Source: Eledone cirrhosa
Lineage: Eukaryota
Reading direction: 5' to 3'
Length of the DNA: 64,000 nt
NCBI GenBank assembly: GCA_964016885.1
Contig: OZ024741.1
Span: 308,822,001-308,886,000 of the forward strand
Shown: piece by piece, positions 46,154 through 60,490 of the stretch
Layout: every line of letters starts with the position of its first letter
How positions within the stretch are numbered: the stretch's first letter is position 1
Made by a program: the position numbers and the translations under genes
Notes under the pieces: generated by a model
The model's database searches: none
Told to the model about the DNA's origin: nothing
The model's input: the letters and a program-made list of their open reading frames with translations, nothing else

Positions 46154-46431
46154 AATAACAAAATAAGATACTGAGGTTACATATATCGTTTAATCAGAAT
46201 ACTTATTTCCACGGTACTCCATGCAATCGAGATGTCCTTCATGCATTTGCTGTTAATTATGAGAACGGTTTCCTCAGATGAAACTCGATATATTTGATAT
46301 GTCGCTGGCGAGGAAACCGTTCTCATAATCAACAGTAAATGCATGAAGGACGTCTCGATTTCATAGAGAACCGTGGAAATAATTATTATCATTAAACGAT
46401 ATATGTAACCTCAGCATCTTATTTTGTTATT
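46154..46431. repeat. ~120-bp-arm inverted repeat (snap-back pLTR fragment)
   Basis: 46154-46275 pairs with 46309-46431; inner ends carry a hammerhead 3' half (GAAA ccg TT). Confidence 0.85.
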
Positions 46432-46449
46432 TTGTTTTATATATATATA

Positions 46450-46828
46450 TATAATAATGTAATATATAAATGCACTGTGTCTACTACTGACTCCAACAAA
46501 TCGTATATAGGATCTACATCGAACACATTTAAGAAAAGATATTACGCACACTCCAGTAGCTTTAACAATACTAAGCTAGCTAACATCACATCTTTAGCTG
46601 AAGCAGTAAATAACTATAAAAAGAAAAAAAATAGATTTCAAGCTATCGTGGGATACCATTCTACAAAGAACTCCATATCTTGGGAACAGGAGAGAATGCA
46701 GATTATGTTCCGGAGAGATCTTGGAAATAACTAAATCTAAGGACGATTTATTGAACAAAAGACAGGAACTGATTATAGCTTGTAATCACCGTATACGAAA
46801 AACATTTAAGTATTATAAACCTAATTAA
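46450..46828 (+). pseudogene. PLE GIY-YIG remnant (element extends to ~48220)
   Basis: NVIYKCTV..SYIGSTSNTFKKRYYAH.SSF; in another frame CRLC..E..LLNKRQEL..C.H. Confidence 0.85.
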
Positions 46829-47035
46829 ACATTCTAAATAGCAGCTCACTATAGTTCTATGTGACGTACCTTTTATTAGTATCCCCTTCTCCTAATTATA
46901 CGCCTTCCTGTTAATTTTTTACCTTTTAATTTTTTAGCTTCCATAGATTCATGCGTTACTGACTAAGGGCATCAAGGTACATAACTACCTGTAATTGCAT
47001 GGGTATACATGTATCTATGTATGTATGATAAGAGA

Positions 47036-47189
<154 letters not shown>

Positions 47190-47218
47190 ATATGTATGTG
47201 TGAGTACATGTATATATG

Positions 47219-47298
<80 letters not shown>

Positions 47299-48032
47299 GG
47301 GTGCGTATATGTATGTATGTATATATGTATATATCTATGTATGCGTATGTATGTTTTTAACAGAGTATCTATGTAATTATACCTCTATCTATATATGTGA
47401 GTATATGTACTTTTGTGATCTAAGAAAATTATGCGTTTTGGCTATATGTCAACATGCATTTATCTGGGATTGATTACTTATGCATTGACCCACTTGAAAA
47501 TATTTACTATTTTATATTTTATGATACATCATACGCTATACTATACTATATACAATGTACCATACTGCACTATATTATATTATATTATATTATATTATTA
47601 TATTATTGTATTTTATTATCTTATTAGAATTTTCATCTTTCAATATATTATCCTTCCTAGTTATGACCATTACTTTACCTATCTATATTTATCCTAGTTA
47701 TTTCCGTATATTTTATATTTCTGTATTTATATTCACCTAAAAATTCCATACAACACAACTCAACATATAATTTTTATATCCCTTTTTAAACTTCACTCCA
47801 CCATCTACATTCCACTATCAATATAACAATCCCTTTTTCTTCATAGGTTCTTTATAGTAATTCTATTTTTAACACGATTCAACCATTCCTTTCAAAAAGT
47901 CATGACCTTAACTAAAATGAGTTATATTTCGTCTTAACATCATATGGCAAAACACCATTTGATTGGTTTGTTCTTCAGCTACCTCCAAATAAGGTCATAG
48001 AACTCAATTTACTATTGATTTTGAATAAAATG

Positions 48033-48178
48033 TTCATTGCTTTTGACAACGGCTGATGATATACACGTAGGTAAATATATTCCTTATTTGATATTTTGTA
48101 ACTAACCTTACATAGATCGATAACGAAATATGCGTACGATGTATTATCGTCACCTAGAAACGATCGTAAAGCAGTGAA
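48033..48178 (+). ncRNA. Type I hammerhead with U3-A8 core variant and long stem II
   Basis: ttcattgctt TTGACAA cgg c tgatgatatac..gtattatcgtca cct a GAAA cgatcg TA aagcagtgaa; 10-bp stem I; same junction as 7533-7680. Confidence 0.8.
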
Positions 48179-48219
48179 GTATATTCCTAATGACTTGAAT
48201 TTTTATTTCATTGTTTTAA

Positions 48220-48279
<60 letters not shown>

Positions 48280-48357
48280 AAAAGTAAATAACAACAACAA
48301 TGAGTACAGTTACGAAAGGTGTTAGGTATTAGGTTCACGCTTAAAAGTGGGGTGTGG

Positions 48358-48393
48358 GGCGACATTTCGGGCATAAGCCCTTCATCAGGAGAA
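48358..48393 (-). ncRNA. Minimal hammerhead-like motif, stem I degenerate
   Basis: Reverse complement: ctc CTGATGA a gggc ttat gccc GAAA tg TC gcc. Confidence 0.55.
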
Positions 48394-48775
48394 TGGTGGG
48401 AAGAAGAAGAGTTCCGAGAGGGTGTGAGGGGTGTGTGTGGAAAACAGTATGTCTGTGTCTATATATGTATGTTTGCATGCATCAATGAATACAATAAGCT
48501 TTAGATTTAGTACAATGTACAACCACTGATTCCAGCTATTTGCACTATCGTATATTTTGGTTTCGGGTAATTCCCTGGGGAACTGGTTGACCAAATGCTT
48601 TGCTTAATTGTTTTATTTGTTTTTTTTTTAATGTTTCTTTTTCTTAGATTTCGGGTATTTTTTTAAAGCAGTGTATTGGACTCTAAAATACTACAGTGGG
48701 CTCTGCAATGCTACTGTGGGCTCTTGCAATGCTACCGTTGCCATTGGGCAACCTGGCAACTTGGCCAGTCCGCCA

Positions 48776-48860
<85 letters not shown>

Positions 48861-48931
48861 CACAGAAATACGTATTGCAGCGTATTACGTAATAAAAATG
48901 AATTATGAATATCTAGCCTTTGCGTTATATC

Positions 48932-48989
<58 letters not shown>

Positions 48990-49117
48990 AAGGAGTCAGC
49001 TGTGGATCCAAAAGAAACCTGAACATGTTCATAATTATTATTCAGTTTTTCGTATTTTCTTATTAGTTCTTTATGTTTATTTGGAACAATAACATTTTTA
49101 AATCCACATGTAACTAA

Positions 49118-49161
49118 ACTTCACTGAGGAGGCGCAATAAAGCCAAAACATGTCGAGAAGT
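49118..49161 (+). ncRNA. Degenerate minimal hammerhead (GAAA to AAAA)
   Basis: acttca CTGAGGA ggc gcaataaa gcc AAAA catg TC gagaagt. Confidence 0.55.
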
Positions 49162-49489
49162 GTCACAGTTAAAGATGAAATTCTCTCTCCACTGTTGTCA
49201 ATATTTAATTAAATTTTATATTTCGAAAGTCTCCAAACTCACTTTTTTTTTTCAGTGTAGAATTAATTATTTAGAAAATGATTTCTGTTATCACTAAGAG
49301 TTAACATTTCTTGATAATGCATCAAGTTACGCTACCATCACCCACTTTGTTATTGCATTTACATGCAGCAGGCGTCCCGGGGTACACGCATGCGCGCGCG
49401 CGCGCATACACACACTTACACACAAACACACACATACATGCATACATACATGATGGATGCAAACTCTGCAAAGAGTATTGCAATCGCTT

Positions 49490-49722
49490 GTCAGATTCAG
49501 ATGTGTGATGGCTTTTCAAGCCTGCTAGAGACTTGCACTCCTTCGCACACTGACGACAACTATGGATCTCCCTAGCTTGAGGTCTTGCATCAGGTTGCCC
49601 GTGAACCCTCACAATACCGTGGAGATCATAGTTCACTGGTTCTCTTTTAACATTGATGCGACTGTGGCTCCTGAGACTAGATTTGCTCAAGCAAATATTT
49701 CCACACTCGGGGCACTTCAATT
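49490..49722 (-). mobile_element. Probable RTE-type LINE C-terminal fragment with two C2H2-like fingers
   Basis: CPECGNICLSKSSLRSH and CRQCAKECKSLAGLKSH. Confidence 0.55.
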
Positions 49723-49917
49723 CAATGTGTGTGAGTGTGTGTGTATATATATATATATATGTTTTTGGCGGTAGTCTCCTTTCTCCTATTTTCGGGACAG
49801 TGTGAGATTTTCTTTAGAACTGCTGGACTAACAACCTAGCAGCTCCCTCAAGCACTGATGGTGATTATCGCTAAATATTGATGTTGATTTGGTTATCAAT
49901 ATTAATATTATTGGGCA

Positions 49918-50040
49918 CCCACTGAAGAATTATAAGAGCCCACTTGAATAAGTATCTGTTGATCTTATACAAGCTTCTACATAATTTGGTATAATTTCAC
50001 CCAACTTGTAAAAATCTTATAATGAAACGAGTCGTCTGGG
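49918..50040 (+). ncRNA. Type I hammerhead with four-way-junction stem II
   Basis: ccca CTGAAGA attataag..cttataat GAAA cgagtcg TC tggg; compensatory changes relative to 3577-3700. Confidence 0.85.
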
Positions 50041-50303
50041 AAGTAATATATTTGATATATCTCATATGAAATGATACAGCCAATTTTCCACACAATACAA
50101 TTAGTTAGCACCCCGAACGTTTAATTAGGAATATACTCAGGTATTTCTTAATGTTTGTTGAGTGAGTTGGAATTTGGCCGGAGTATCGCTATTAGCTTTC
50201 TCCGATTATGTATTTATATATATATCTTCCTGCTATATCAAGCGTTAACCTAATATATACCTTCCATATACTGTACCGATTGTGTTGTTATTTCTGTTTA
50301 CCT

Positions 50304-50427
<124 letters not shown>

Positions 50428-50995
50428 TATGTATATGTATGTATATATGTGTGTATCTGTGTATGTGTATGTGTATGTATATCTATGTATGTGTGTGTAT
50501 GTATATGTATATATATATGTGTGTGTATATGTGTACATATTTGTGTATATATATGTATATATATGTATGTATGTGTGTGTATGTCTATGTGTGTACACAT
50601 CATGTGTGCGTATGCATGTATGTATGCATATGTTTATATATATATGTGTGGGTGTGTGTGTGTGTATATATATGTATACATACACACACATGTATACATA
50701 CACACATTCATACACGCACATAATTCATTCATAAATATTTATTTCATTTTCAAGTATGTTACAACCGGCATTTGTTTTTATTTTAAAAAGTACACATACA
50801 CACACACGTATATTATATATATATATACATATGTGTGTGTGTAAAAGTAATGTATGTTCTTTTGTTATTTAAATATATTTTTTATTTTGTTTTCCATAAG
50901 TTTTTTTTAAATTATTTATTTTCCTTTTTTTCTGAAAATTATTTGTTTATTACTAAGCACCTAAAATTTTTCGGTTCGTTTGAGCTTCCTTACGC

Positions 50996-51034
50996 TATAA
51001 ACGTCTGATTGTTAGCTCTATCGGCCGGTCAGCA
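50996..51034 (+). promoter_or_regulatory. Possible core promoter (TATAAA plus Inr-like TCAGCA)
   Basis: TATAAA at 50996-51001 and TCAGCA at 51029-51034, in a CpG-retaining patch just upstream of a Kozak-like gcagccATG. Confidence 0.35.
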
Positions 51035-51053
51035 TCTCTACAAGCGGGCAGCC

Positions 51054-51128
51054 ATGCTTTCGTCTAATAGGTTGTTATCGCAGATTTCTAAGCGATTCTT
51101 CCGATCACAGATCTTTGGAAGACAAAAG
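51054..51128 (+). CDS. Probable first coding exon of a nuclear-encoded mitochondrial protein (presequence-like)
   Basis: MLSSNRLLSQISKRFFRSQIFGRQK: Arg/Ser/Leu-rich with no acidic residues; ends at AAG|GCAAGT, a consensus GC donor. Confidence 0.55.
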
Positions 51129-51520
51129 GCAAGTGTGTGCATGTGACCCATTAACAAAATAACATTTATTTATTTATTCAATTTTTCTCCTCTTCCCTCT
51201 CTGTTTTCCATGGCCTACATTAGTCTAATAACTAAACGAATACTACCACTACAACAACAGCGAAAAACTACTCGGTCGCTCGATCTGCTAGAAATAGAAA
51301 ACTAATCTCCTTTAAATCATACGTCTTTACTGTCATAAAAAAAGGGAGTGGGTAAAGTATATATTCGATGATATGGTCCTAGAGATGCATTATGTTATAA
51401 GGAAGCAAAACATGGCATTGTCACGGCTGGAATGACTTTGATAAAAAAAAAAGGTCTGCTCGATAAGGACCTGTCTGAATAAGTAGAGAGGGGAACTTTT
51501 GTTCCCACGAAACTGGACTG

Positions 51521-51555
<35 letters not shown>

Positions 51556-53261
51556 TATACACATATATGTGTGTGTATATATATATATATGTAAACAACA
51601 TGACCTTGTACACATGTCCTTTTTAGTTCTTGTTTTCATCCCCACACAATCTTTCTGTAAGCAATGGACATATAGTAATAATAAGAATTTACTAATGAGT
51701 ATTAATCCCATCATATTTAAAACATTTTTTCCTTAGGTATTTTTTATTTCTAATTTATGTGTGTGTCCATCCAAATATTAGGTAAAATACTCTGACCCAC
51801 AACCTAATAACTTGTATATTAAAGTAACTACTAAACTTTTCACCTTATTTGCATTTTTGGTTGTGAATCAATATTATTTATAATAATATAAAATATAGCT
51901 TAATATTTTAGATATATTTCATCTAAAAACTGCGTCCTTGTTTTATAGAATTGTTATCATTAATCTCAGTCGACCTTACCTAACTTACGTATTCTACAGA
52001 ACTCATAAAACGGTGCCCCTGAAATATGTAAATCTCCTTTGCTTCATTCTCATCTAGTACCTAAACTTACCCTACCTTTACTAATTCTTCATTCCATCTA
52101 AAGATCTGTTCTTTCTATTAAAAAAAAAATTCTTCTCAGATATATAATTAACATATATATAATCTACAACAAATCCCCATATATACGCTTGTGTGATATT
52201 CTTTTACCCTTGTCTCCTAAATTATATCATTTATAGGTCAAACAATAATAATAATAAACCTAACCTTGTTCGTCCTTTCTCCAAACCTTTGAATTTTTTT
52301 TTTTTTTTTGTATTATTTAAAAAAATATTTTATTTTAACCAATTGCAATCCGTTGATAAATCCATGTGTTATTGCTTCTCCGGGTCTCCACATCAATTTT
52401 AACGTATATACCCATATATGTCTGTATGTATGTATGTATTATTAATGTAGTCTGTGCCCAGTGCCGGTATGGTGGTGGACAAAATAAAGTACCAGCCAGG
52501 TACAGAGTTGATTTAACCATCTATACTATCTTTCTAAAATATCGTGGCCTTGTGTTTATCTATAAAGATGACGAAAATCCTTGTCAAATTGAGCAATGCC
52601 CTTCAATCAAGGGAGATAACTCAAACACTTATGCCGTAATATGTTATACACATACCAATACATATACACGCATTAATTTTCATGTATATATATATATATA
52701 CACGCAATAATTTTCATGGGTACGAATCATAAAGTAACTCTGTTTATATATAGAGCGTGGTTTTCTTGACAACCTTGCTACACACACACACACACACATT
52801 GATATATATATATACGTGTATATATACACATCAATAAGTTCAAGAAGTAATTGGGCAAGTTTGAAAAATTGAAATGGATTTACTTTTGTTGTGAAATGCT
52901 GTCACAATTCATATGTTAACTAAAATGGTTGACATAAGTCGAGAAATACATGGTTCGATTCCAGCTAGCTTCTTTGTTCATCGTTTATCGTCTCCTAGGA
53001 TAATTTGTCTAGCTTACTCGATTATTTTATAGTTGATATGTGTGTTGTCGCAGCTTTTTACCACAAAAGCAAATAATTTCAAGTGCTCATACATATGTGC
53101 ATATATATATATAGTTTTGATGTAGAACTACTGTGGACAGCTGGACGTGGCCTTTGATAATCGATATTAATAATCACCGTTTATAATATTAGATAGTAAT
53201 AAACATCAAAGTTAGCATTGATTGCATATATATATATTCCATAAACAGCTTGCATTCCTAG

Positions 53262-53377
53262 GCATTCCTTTCTTGTGCTGGAGATCTCAACGATTTTGGC
53301 ACATTCCGACTGTATCGCTTCCTCTCGCGGTACCCCAAGCAGCAAGCATTGATGCTACCAGGGAATGCCCGTCATAT
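53262..53377 (+). CDS. Candidate second coding exon of the same gene
   Basis: ttcctag| acceptor, phase 0, open frame AFLSCAGDLNDFGTFRLYRFLSRYPKQQALMLPGNARH, donor AT|GTATGT; a GC-richer island in AT-rich DNA. Confidence 0.4.
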
Positions 53378-56300
53378 GTATGTATGTATGTATGTGTGTG
53401 TGTGTGTGCGCGCGCGTTTGTATGATGCAAACGTCATTAAACTGTATATAATATAGATTCCCTGAAAAGAAATATATACTGTCTTATTTCTATTTACGAC
53501 GACACTTAGTTACAAGCACTACTATATATATATATATATATATACATATACATACACACAGAAGAGCTTCGCAGTACATACCTCAACTTATCGAAAAAGG
53601 GGGTATTTTGCTAATCAAAAAATAATTATAGCTATGACAAACGGTGTTTACATTAATAAAATAGAGACCAATGAAAGAATAAAGTATTAATCTTACAAAA
53701 CACTCATACGTGTATATATACGTATGTATACACACACACATATATATGCGCGTGTGTGTATGTATGATGTATATATATTCCAGCTGTGATTACGTCTGAT
53801 TATATAATCGATGTGACGTAATCTTGACCTCGTGAACTGATTTGTTACACGTGCATTTTCTTCTATCTTATCGACATTGTGAAATTCGGTTAACGGACAC
53901 TATATCAATATTCCCGTTGATAATGAATTTGATAATAATAATAATTGTTTCTACTATTGGCACAAGGCCAGCAATTACACAGTACATTACTGGTACTTTA
54001 TTTTATCGACCCCGTAAGGATGAAAGGCAAAGTTAACCTCGGCGGGATTTGAATATAATGAATATAATAATAATATTTGATAATAATAATAATAATAATA
54101 TAAGAATAATGGTATTGATGAATATGACACAAAATATTATCTATTGTTGACTTCTTTTGTTCGTTGTTTAGCAGTCTTTTACTTTGAACTGTTAGGCCAT
54201 AAAAACAATAAATAGAACAATAATAATGATAGTGTTATAAATGGTATGTCGTGTTAAGAATATAATTATTTTATTTATAGTGTCACATAATCGAAGTACG
54301 TGCGTGTATGTGTGCACACACGTTATGTTCGTGTATGTTTGAACAAGTAATGCTATCTGGTCATTTTGTTTTGAAATATTGTTATATGGATGGCCACATC
54401 GCTATTTAGAAATCATCGTGGACATCATTATCGTCATCAATGTTGTGTTGGAAAGAAAAAACCCATACGAATTCTTACGACATACCGAAAAGTGTATCGA
54501 TCACTAAATATATTCCCACTTTCTATCATATCACTGTATCTAGTCAAGGTTAAAGGGAGATAAGTAATCGAAGATAAAACTTAACTAGAGAAGTCGGTGG
54601 CGGTGAACCCGGTGTTGGCTCGCTAGTTGGGTGGCTGGTAGTATGACAGGCTGTTGGATGACTGGTCGGCTGGATAGTTGGGGGTTTGCAAGAATGGGTG
54701 GTTGACTAGCTGGTTTCTCAGGACTGTTGTTTACAATTTATTCATAATGAGATATTTATTATTAGGGAAGAAAAAAAATGAAAATAACCCCAAATGATTT
54801 TATTGTATGAAGATTAATGTCTGAAGAATTAATGGATATTATTCTCTTCTAGAATGTACCACAAGTGAATCTAACAAGGATAGGCGTACATAGCTAAGTA
54901 ATAATTTTAGGAAGTTGCAAATCCTTACTTTAGCATTTCTCAATGGGACTTCCAGGAGATATGATTTCTTTTAACTCTTTCATTACCATATTACTAATGA
55001 AGTACACCACCTATGTTTTTCAATTATATTTGGAAATAATCAAATTTGAAGGGATTTAGTAAAATAACTAACCATATTAAAAGCTGATGTTTAGTACATA
55101 GCTTAACAAAGATAGTCTTCCATAATATTATTTTTTATTTAAATATGATTATGTAGAACTATGATCAAAGATGTTCCACCTTTTATTTCCACATACATAT
55201 ATATTTCCAGATACATAACTACATTATCCAGTCTTTTTTCCCAGTTCTTTTTAATGACAGTGGGGTGTGAAAAGATGGAGATTTTACTGCTGCTTTTAGC
55301 AGGCCAAGTGACAGTGTAGAGGTTTCAGTGCTCATTACCTTTGGAGTTCCTTTCAGACTGGTCAGGTTTATATAACTGACATCAAACCTGAATTGTATAA
55401 GGTGGGCGAGGGAAAGGACTAAAGGATCCAGTTTAAATGCTACCATCATAGTGAGCTTCACTGAAGATATAGCCCACAATCTCTGTCTCTTGTAACATCA
55501 TCATTATTAAGGTTGTTTTTCCATGCATGAGTTAGACAAGTTTTCTCCAGTACAACTTTCTGCCACTTTTTTTCCTGTGTCATTTCCTTTGTGAAGTTCA
55601 ATATCCTGAGGTCAGCTTTTACAACTTCTGCCCACATTTTCCTTGGTCATCCTTTTCCCTAGCTTCCTTCAATTTGAATCTCCTGGCACTTCTTCACTAA
55701 ACGATCATCATCTGATGCCCAGTTTTTCTCACAACTCAGCTGCTTTTTGTTGGTCTTACATACTAACATTACACATCCAGTAGAGCACACTCAGTTTGTT
55801 TCTCTCCAGCCTTCACATAGCCTCTATATTTACTGCCCATGTTTCCTCATGTATCTTACATCATTGCACTATGTACACAGGCATCATATAATCTACACTT
55901 CACACAGAAAATCCCTTCGTTACCAACAGAAGTAGCAGCTCCCTGATTTTTTTCAATTCCTGCTCATCTAAACTAGCAAGTTGTCTTCCAACCCTATCCA
56001 AACAGCCAACCTTCCACATCTTGTCATTCCATTTTGTGTCTCCTTTCTTCTCCATACTTAACATTTCACCAAAATCATTCTCATTCTCAAAACTGCAATC
56101 TTCTGGAACCCTCTTGCCATTTATTTACCTACACTGACTGTTCAATAGAGATGTTTTATGGATCCTACTTTGGTTTCAACAATTAGCATTCAGTAGTTAA
56201 TATGGGTATCTTTGATGTAATTCTTAAGCCTTGATAGTCTATGACATGACTGCATCTTTGTATTACAAGTACAGTCCATTCAAAGGGCTTCCACACAGAT

Positions 56301-57469
56301 TCTATTGATTCAGTTTCATTTACAAAGTCAGTGAGGGAAATTGCTAGAAATAACAACAAAACATCCTTTAACTATTTTGATACCGATACCAACTGTCCTG
56401 AAACTGCCCTTGTTCTGAAACTACTTATTTTAAATGTTCATCTCATCGTAATATTTTAAAATAAATTTTTGTTAAGTAATGTTCCTAACAATAGCTTAAT
56501 AAGCAAAAAGTTATTTTACTAAATTCCTTCATATCTTTGATTATTTAAAATATGCAAGACACATTTTACAATGTAGTGTAAATTATATTATACCTTTAAA
56601 AAAAGTTGGCTAAAATGGTTTTTGATTAAATATCTGTTTGACAAGGGATGACCTTGACAACAACATCAGTGCACCAATGAGGAAGTATCCACATGGTCAC
56701 TTATCTTGCTGGAAATGGCAGCTAAATTTTCATCAGATCACACCATAGATCATCATCATCATCATTTTTATGATGATTTTTCCATATTTGCATGAGTTAG
56801 ACAAGTCCTCTTCAGTACAGCATCTCTCCACTTGTTTCTTTCCTTTGCCATCTCCTTTGTGAGATTCAGTCTTTAAAACACAAAGGACAGATTGGATAAT
56901 GTAGATATGTATGTATATGTAGACCCATAACCCTTGGTGGAGTTGTAGGAGCACCGCCATGACAGATGGTGTGTTTTGAGCACTTTAAACCTGGTAGCTT
57001 ATCCTTCTCTCCAGGTGTGAATATAGCTGATTTATTTCAGAGAAGGAGAGAGGAAGTAAGAAAGAGATATAGAGGAAGAATCAATACCAGTGCTTGACTG
57101 GTAGTTTTTTTTTAATCTCGAAAGACAGTTGACCTCAATGGGATTTGCACTCAGAGAGCTGGAACTAATACAACAAAGCATTCTATCTGATGTTCTAATG
57201 ACTCTGTTATTTGCTGCTTAGTTTTAGATATGCTATGCCTGAAAAAAAAAACGCTAGTAAGGTCATTACTAAAATACCTTTTGATCATAGGATTGCTTGA
57301 TGAGGACTGACCTACCACTGACTAATAACAATTAAATACCACCCAAGTCAAGTTTGCTTTTCAAGTAGCTGTCCTTCTCAGCAAGGGTCTTGATAAAATA
57401 GGTGCTGGCTTGATATTATAACTACACAGACAGCAAATAGGCAGTCATTAAAGCTTCTCTTCTTTTATT

Positions 57470-58960
57470 TTGCCCAATTATTACTGAGAGGGTTGTGGGG
57501 GCAGCAGGTCCTATCAGAAACAATTGTCTCCAATTGATCCAGTTGGATCCTCAAGCGAGCCCTGCCAAGATCAAGGGTGTTATTCAACCATCTTGCTCAG
57601 GGTCTAATCCTTGGTCTCTTATTGGTTGGTTTTGCCTGTAAAATCTGTCCAGCAATTCTTTCCTGCGACGTACTAAGCACATGTCCATAGTATCGGAGCT
57701 ATGATCTCCCAATTTGGAGAAGTAACTGCTCTACCTGCAGCGACTTTAATCTCCATGCTACACACTTTATCGGGTAATGTTACTCCAAAGAGCCTTCGGA
57801 GGAACCCCCACTTCAGCTGCTTATATTTGTGATCGTATTCTTTCGGTCATTACCTAAGATTCATGACCATAGGTAAAGGTTAGCTCAAATACTGAATTGA
57901 AGATAGCGAGTTTGGCTTTCACACCTACCTCCCTTCTTTTGGTTACCGAATGCTGAAGCTGGCACATTACTGCACCAGCTCCTACAATTCTTGCACTTAA
58001 TTCAGCCTCCTGCCTTCCATCACTGATGAACACAGCCCTGAGATACTTGAACTTCTCCACCTGCTTCAATGAAACTTTATTCACATGTAGAGTGCACTGC
58101 ACATGTTTCCTTGAGAGGATGAGTGCTCAGTCTTCGCAGCACAGATTTTCATTCTAGCCATGCAGCACTTGGCATCAAACCTATCAAGTGCATGTCAGAG
58201 ATCATCTTCTGATGAGTTAAGTAATGCCATGTCATCTGCAAATTCCAACCAACTGATCCTACACCTGCCAGTCATGATACCACTTCCAACCCAGCTGTGC
58301 ATGTCAATCCTGTTCATGAAAATAATGAGCTGGAGAGGTGACAGTATGCACCATTGGCAGAGTCCAATACCCACATTAAATAGCTTCAATTTAGCACCAT
58401 TTATATGAACATAAATACTTGGCCATATGTATAGAGAGATCAAGGCAACAAGAAGCAGGCCATCGATCCCATACTCCTTCACAACCTTTCACAGCAGGTC
58501 CCGTGGAACGCAGTCATATGCCTTTTTGAGGTCTGCATAACAAGAAGACACCATCCTGGCAGTACTTCCATGATTTCTCAAAGACCTGCTGCAGTATGAA
58601 TATCTGGTTGGCTGTGCTGAGTCTAGGGTGAAAACCACACTGTTCATCAGTTAGCTTGGACTCGACAATTTCCCTACATCTCTTTGCCAGACATTAAGCA
58701 TAGACTTTACCGAGGAGGTTTAACAAGAAGATCCCTCTATAATTGGAGCAATCTCTCTTGTCTTTTTTTTTTGAAAATTGTGATTATCACTCCTGATCGC
58801 CATTGCTTAGGGGCCTTTCCAGAGATCCAGGCCATCTCGCAACATGAGTCACCCAGAGAATACCTTCTCTGTTTACAGCTTTTAACATCTCTGGCCAAAT
58901 TTCCTCCTCCCCAGCAGCCTTGTCACATTTGAGCCTTTAATTGCTCTTTTGACCTCAGGC
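57470..58960 (-). mobile_element. RTE-clade LINE fragment, decayed
   Basis: GLCQWCILSPL, LEFADDMALL, QVEKFKYL, TFTYGHES; 3' part homologous to 12421-12790. Confidence 0.85.
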
Positions 58961-60169
58961 CCATCACCAGTTTTTACAACATGAAATGGAGACAGCAATA
59001 TATTTTTCAAATAGACCCCTCTACCTAAGAGCTGAACACGTCCCTTGTTAACCCATGTGAAGGACGATGTGGTATGATTAATTTTATTACCTCTCACCAT
59101 ATTGCCGTTTCGGTGGTCTTATTTACGCCAGTCACCAATTTTGTACTTTCTCAGACTGACTCTTTTGGAGGTGACCTTTATTTGCCTCATCATAGCTACA
59201 TAACTGGGTTGTGAAGGTTTTCCTGGGAGCTAAAGGTGTTACCCATTGCTCCATCTCCTCTACTTGGTTTGGGGTTGCTTATTCATCTGGCAGGTGCCTC
59301 TTATATCGCAACTAACCATCATATCTGGTGGCTGTATCACTATCCACAACCTGCGATACGTTCTCTAGCAAAACATCTCTCCCAAAAAGTCAGCTCTGCT
59401 GAAAAGTCAGTTCTGTCTTGGTATTACTTTCAGCTTTTTTGTGCTTTAAGTTCAAATCCCACTGAGGGCAACTTTGCTTCATTTTGTTCTTTTGTGGTTG
59501 ATAAATATAATAATACCAGTCCTGAGGTGGTGAATTGGCAGAATTGTTAAAGAGTCAGACAGGATGCTTTGCAATATCTGATCTGGCTCTTTGCATTGTG
59601 TTCTGCCAGGAATTGTGCCTGGGACATAGTATCAGCAATAGAAACATAGTTTCTTAGGTCCGATCAGACAATCAGCTCCTTTCCCTCCTTTCTGTGCCCC
59701 TGAAACGATTTTCAACCTTTTTCAATTCACAGTACATGTTTTTATTTCCTTCCTTTATATTGACATCAACCCCAATACACTCTGTAAAGTGTTTGGTGAT
59801 ATGAAGGATATCCAGCTGTAGAAGACCTATCAAGCAAAGGGACTGGGAGACTCTTCAGCTGTGTTAAAGAAGTGACAATTTCCCTGGTGCTGGTGCCATG
59901 ACAAATTGCATTCAGTAGACCGTAGGAACATATGTAAGTGAGATGCAGGCTTATCTGAACACTCAGTAGAGTGTGGGAACATTTGTAAACAAATTCCAGG
60001 CCACTCAGTTCATTTGGGAGTTCAATAGATCCACTTGAGTACGAACTTGGTTTGTCACAATCCATTCAAGCCTTGCTAGTAAGGTAAACAGACATTAAAT
60101 GATGATGGTCTGCCTATTTTGGGCTTTTTTTTATCTCTAGTTCTCTATAGTCATATGCTTTTCTAAATA

Positions 60170-60490
60170 AGAGAAAGGGAACCAGGAGAGGGCACTTGTA
60201 ATGCCCATGAAGTAACAGGATAATCTGAGGCTTTATGTGGAGTGTCTCCCTGGGATTACCTTATAGTGTAGTCTCCCATTATTGGGGAACTTGTCCTTGT
60301 TAATATTTGTTATTGTTTTCTTTATTTTTTTCTATGTTCATGTGTATATATTAGAATTTCTAATATTGTTATTCCTACTGTTTTCACTTTAGTGATATCC
60401 CTTTTTCTTTACTTGATGTAAACCCCACTTTGTGTTGTGTTGTCTTTGTATTGCTCCCAGTGTCCTGGGACCTTGTGGTCATTAAAAGAA
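60170..60490 (+). mobile_element. Old 3' UTR remnant of the Tx1/L1 family, followed by a SINE
   Basis: Ends gaccttgtggtcattaaaagaaa, matching the LINE 3' terminus at 25610-25631 and 32770-32792. Confidence 0.5.

Noticed and set aside
58022-58220. CTGATGA matches at ~58023 and ~58209
   Set aside because: Inside RTE coding sequence, with no hammerhead fold.
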